DNA from: Pristiophorus japonicus
Taxonomy: Eukaryota
Length of the DNA stretch: 64,000 nucleotides
Direction: 5' to 3'
Assembly (NCBI RefSeq): GCF_044704955.1
Contig: NC_091994.1
Location: 47,616,001-47,680,000 of the forward strand
This document shows positions 61,800-64,000 of the stretch, piece after piece. The notes below the pieces were generated by a model, which made no database searches, was not told the origin of the DNA, and was given only the letters and a program-made list of their open reading frames with translations. Numbering within the stretch: the first letter of the stretch is position 1; each line of letters begins with the position of its first letter. A program made the translations under genes and the position numbers.

Positions 61800-64000
61800 A
61801 GCAATTAACTTTTAGCATTGTTGCCAATTTAAGTGTATCTAAGAGTTAAGTCATGGCAGGAGAGCTCAGACACATGTTATGCTCCTCCTGTACTATGTGG
61901 GAAGTCAGGAACACTTCCGGTGTCCCTGACGACTACATGTGCAGGAAGTGTGACCGCCTCCAGCTCCTGACAGACCGCTTTGCGGAGCTGGAGCTACGGG
62001 TGGATTTACTCTGGAGCATGCACAATGCTGAGAATGACGTGAATAGCATGTTTAGTGAGTTGGTCTTACCACAGGTAAAGGGTAGACAGCCAGATAGGGA
62101 ATTGAAGACCAACAGGAAGAGCAGTGCAGGGAAGGTAATGCAGGGGTCCCCTGCGGTCATCCCCCTGCAAAACAGATGCACTGCTTTGGGTACTGTTGAG
62201 GGGGATGACTCATCAGGGGAGAGCAGCAGCAGCCAAGTTCATGGCACCGTGGCTGGCTCTGCTGCACAGGAGGACAGGAAAAAGAGTGGGAGAGCGATAG
62301 TGATAGGGGATTCAATTGTAAGGGGAATAGACAGGCGTTTCTGCGGCCGCAACCGAGATTCCAGGATGGTATGTTGCCTCCCTGGTGCAAGAGTCAAGGA
62401 TGTCTCGGAGTGGGTGCAGGACATTCTGAAAAGGGAGGGTGAACAGCCAGTTGTCGTAATGCATATAGGTACCAATGATATAGGTAAAAAACGGGATGAG
62501 GTCTTACGAGATGAATTTAGGGAGCTAGGAGTTAAATTAAAAAGTAGGACCTCAAAAGTAGTAATCTCAGGATTGCTACCAGTGCCATGTGCTAGTCAGA
62601 GTAGGAATTGCAGGATAGCTCAGATGAATATGTGGCTTGAGGAGTGATTAAAATTCCTGGGACATTGGAACCGGTTCTGGGGGAGGTGAGACCAGTACAA
62701 ACCGGGCAGGATCGGAACCAATGTCCTAGGGGGAGTGTTTGCTAGTGCTGTTGGGGAGGAGTTAAACTAATATGGCAGGGGGATGGGAATCTATGCAGGG
62801 AGACAGAGGGAAATAGAAAGGGGGCAGAAGCAAAAGATAGAAAGGAGAATAGTAAAAGTGGATGGCAGAGAAACCCAAGGCAAAAAGCAAAAAGGGCCAC
62901 ATGACAGCAAGATTCTAAAGGGGCAAAGTGTGTCAAAAAGACAAGCCTGAAGGCTCTGTGCCTCAATGCGAGGAGTATTCGGAATAAGGTGGATGAATTA
63001 ACTGCGCAGATAGCAGTTAACGGATACGATGTGATTGGCATCACGGAGACATGGCTCCAGGGTGACCAAGGCTGGGAACTCAACATCCAAGGGTATTCAG
63101 CATTTAGGAAGGATAGACAGAAAGGAAAAGGAGGTGGGGTGGCATTGCTGGTTAAAGTGGAAATCAATGCAATTGTAAGGAGGGACATTAGCCTAGATGA
63201 TGTGGAATCGGTATGGGTGGAGCTGCGGAATTCCAAAGGGCATAAAATGTTACTGGCAATTGTGTATAGACCACCAAATAGTAGTAGTGAGGTTGGGGAC
63301 AGCATCAAACAAGAAATAAGAGATGTGTGCAATAAAGATACAGCAGTAATCATGGGCGACTTTAATCTACATATAGATTGGGCTAACCTAACTGGTAGCG
63401 GTGGAGGAGGATTTCCTGGAGTGTATTAGGGATGGTTTTCAAGACCAATGTCAAGGAATCAAGCAGGCAGCTGGCCATCCTAGACTGGGTGATGTGTAAT
63501 GAGAAGGGATTAATTAGCAATCTTTTTGTGCGAGGCCCTTTGGGGAAAAGTGACCATAATATGGTAGAATTCCTTATTAAGATGGAGAGTGACAAACGTT
63601 AATTCAGAAACTAGGGTCTTGAACTTAAGGAATGGTAACTTCGATGGTATGAGGTGTGAATTGGCTAGAATAGACTGGCAGAGGATACTTAAAGGGTTGA
63701 TGGTGCATAAGCAATGGCAAACATTTAAAGATCACATGGATGAACTTCAGCAATTGTACATCCCTGTCTAGAGTAAAAATAAAACTGGGAAGGTGGCTCA
63801 AGCATGGCTAACAAGGGAAATTAAGGATTTAAGGATAGTGTTAAAACCAAGGAAAAGGCATATAAATTGGCTCGAAAAAGCAACAAACCTGAGGACTGGT
63901 TGAAATTTAGAATTCAACAGAGGAGGACTAATTAAGAAGGGGAAAATAGAATACGAGAGGAAGCTTGCAGGGGACATAAAAACTGACTGCAAAAGCTTCT
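61800..64000 (+). mobile_element. CR1-clade LINE 5' part (ORF1 61853-62647 and ORF2 endonuclease), running off the window
   Basis: CSSC..CRKC, GDSIVRG, HIGTND; ITETWL, MGDFN. Confidence 0.92.

Overview
Repeat-dense vertebrate DNA, inferred to be from a cartilaginous fish because of the single V-J-C cluster organisation of the Ig gene and the repeat types. There are three layers. (1) One unrearranged sigma-type immunoglobulin light-chain cluster (leader-V-J-C, about 32.4-37.6 kb) carrying several inactivating lesions. (2) A large direct segmental duplication (1-21.5 kb vs 40.9-61.7 kb) flanking that cluster. Both copies share two Mag-like Gypsy LTR elements, and each copy has its own later insertions. 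(3) A 10.7-kb endogenous retrovirus-like provirus (114-10803) plus a solo LTR of the same family (29673-31075). The provirus has a coiled-coil/CCHC gag, a UGA-CUAG readthrough junction, and a pol with both a dead tether RNase H and a second retroviral-type RNase H. The most notable feature is its env-position gene: a splice acceptor, then signal peptide, an immunoglobulin-superfamily domain, a cysteine-rich region resembling the C-terminal half of paramyxo/pneumovirus F-type (lokiretrovirus-like) envelopes, a TM helix and a basic tail, with no visible fusion peptide. The rest is CR1 and Tx1/L1 LINEs, SINEs, a Harbinger Myb-like remnant and a 41-bp minisatellite. All family assignments come from motifs read by eye; no searches were run.
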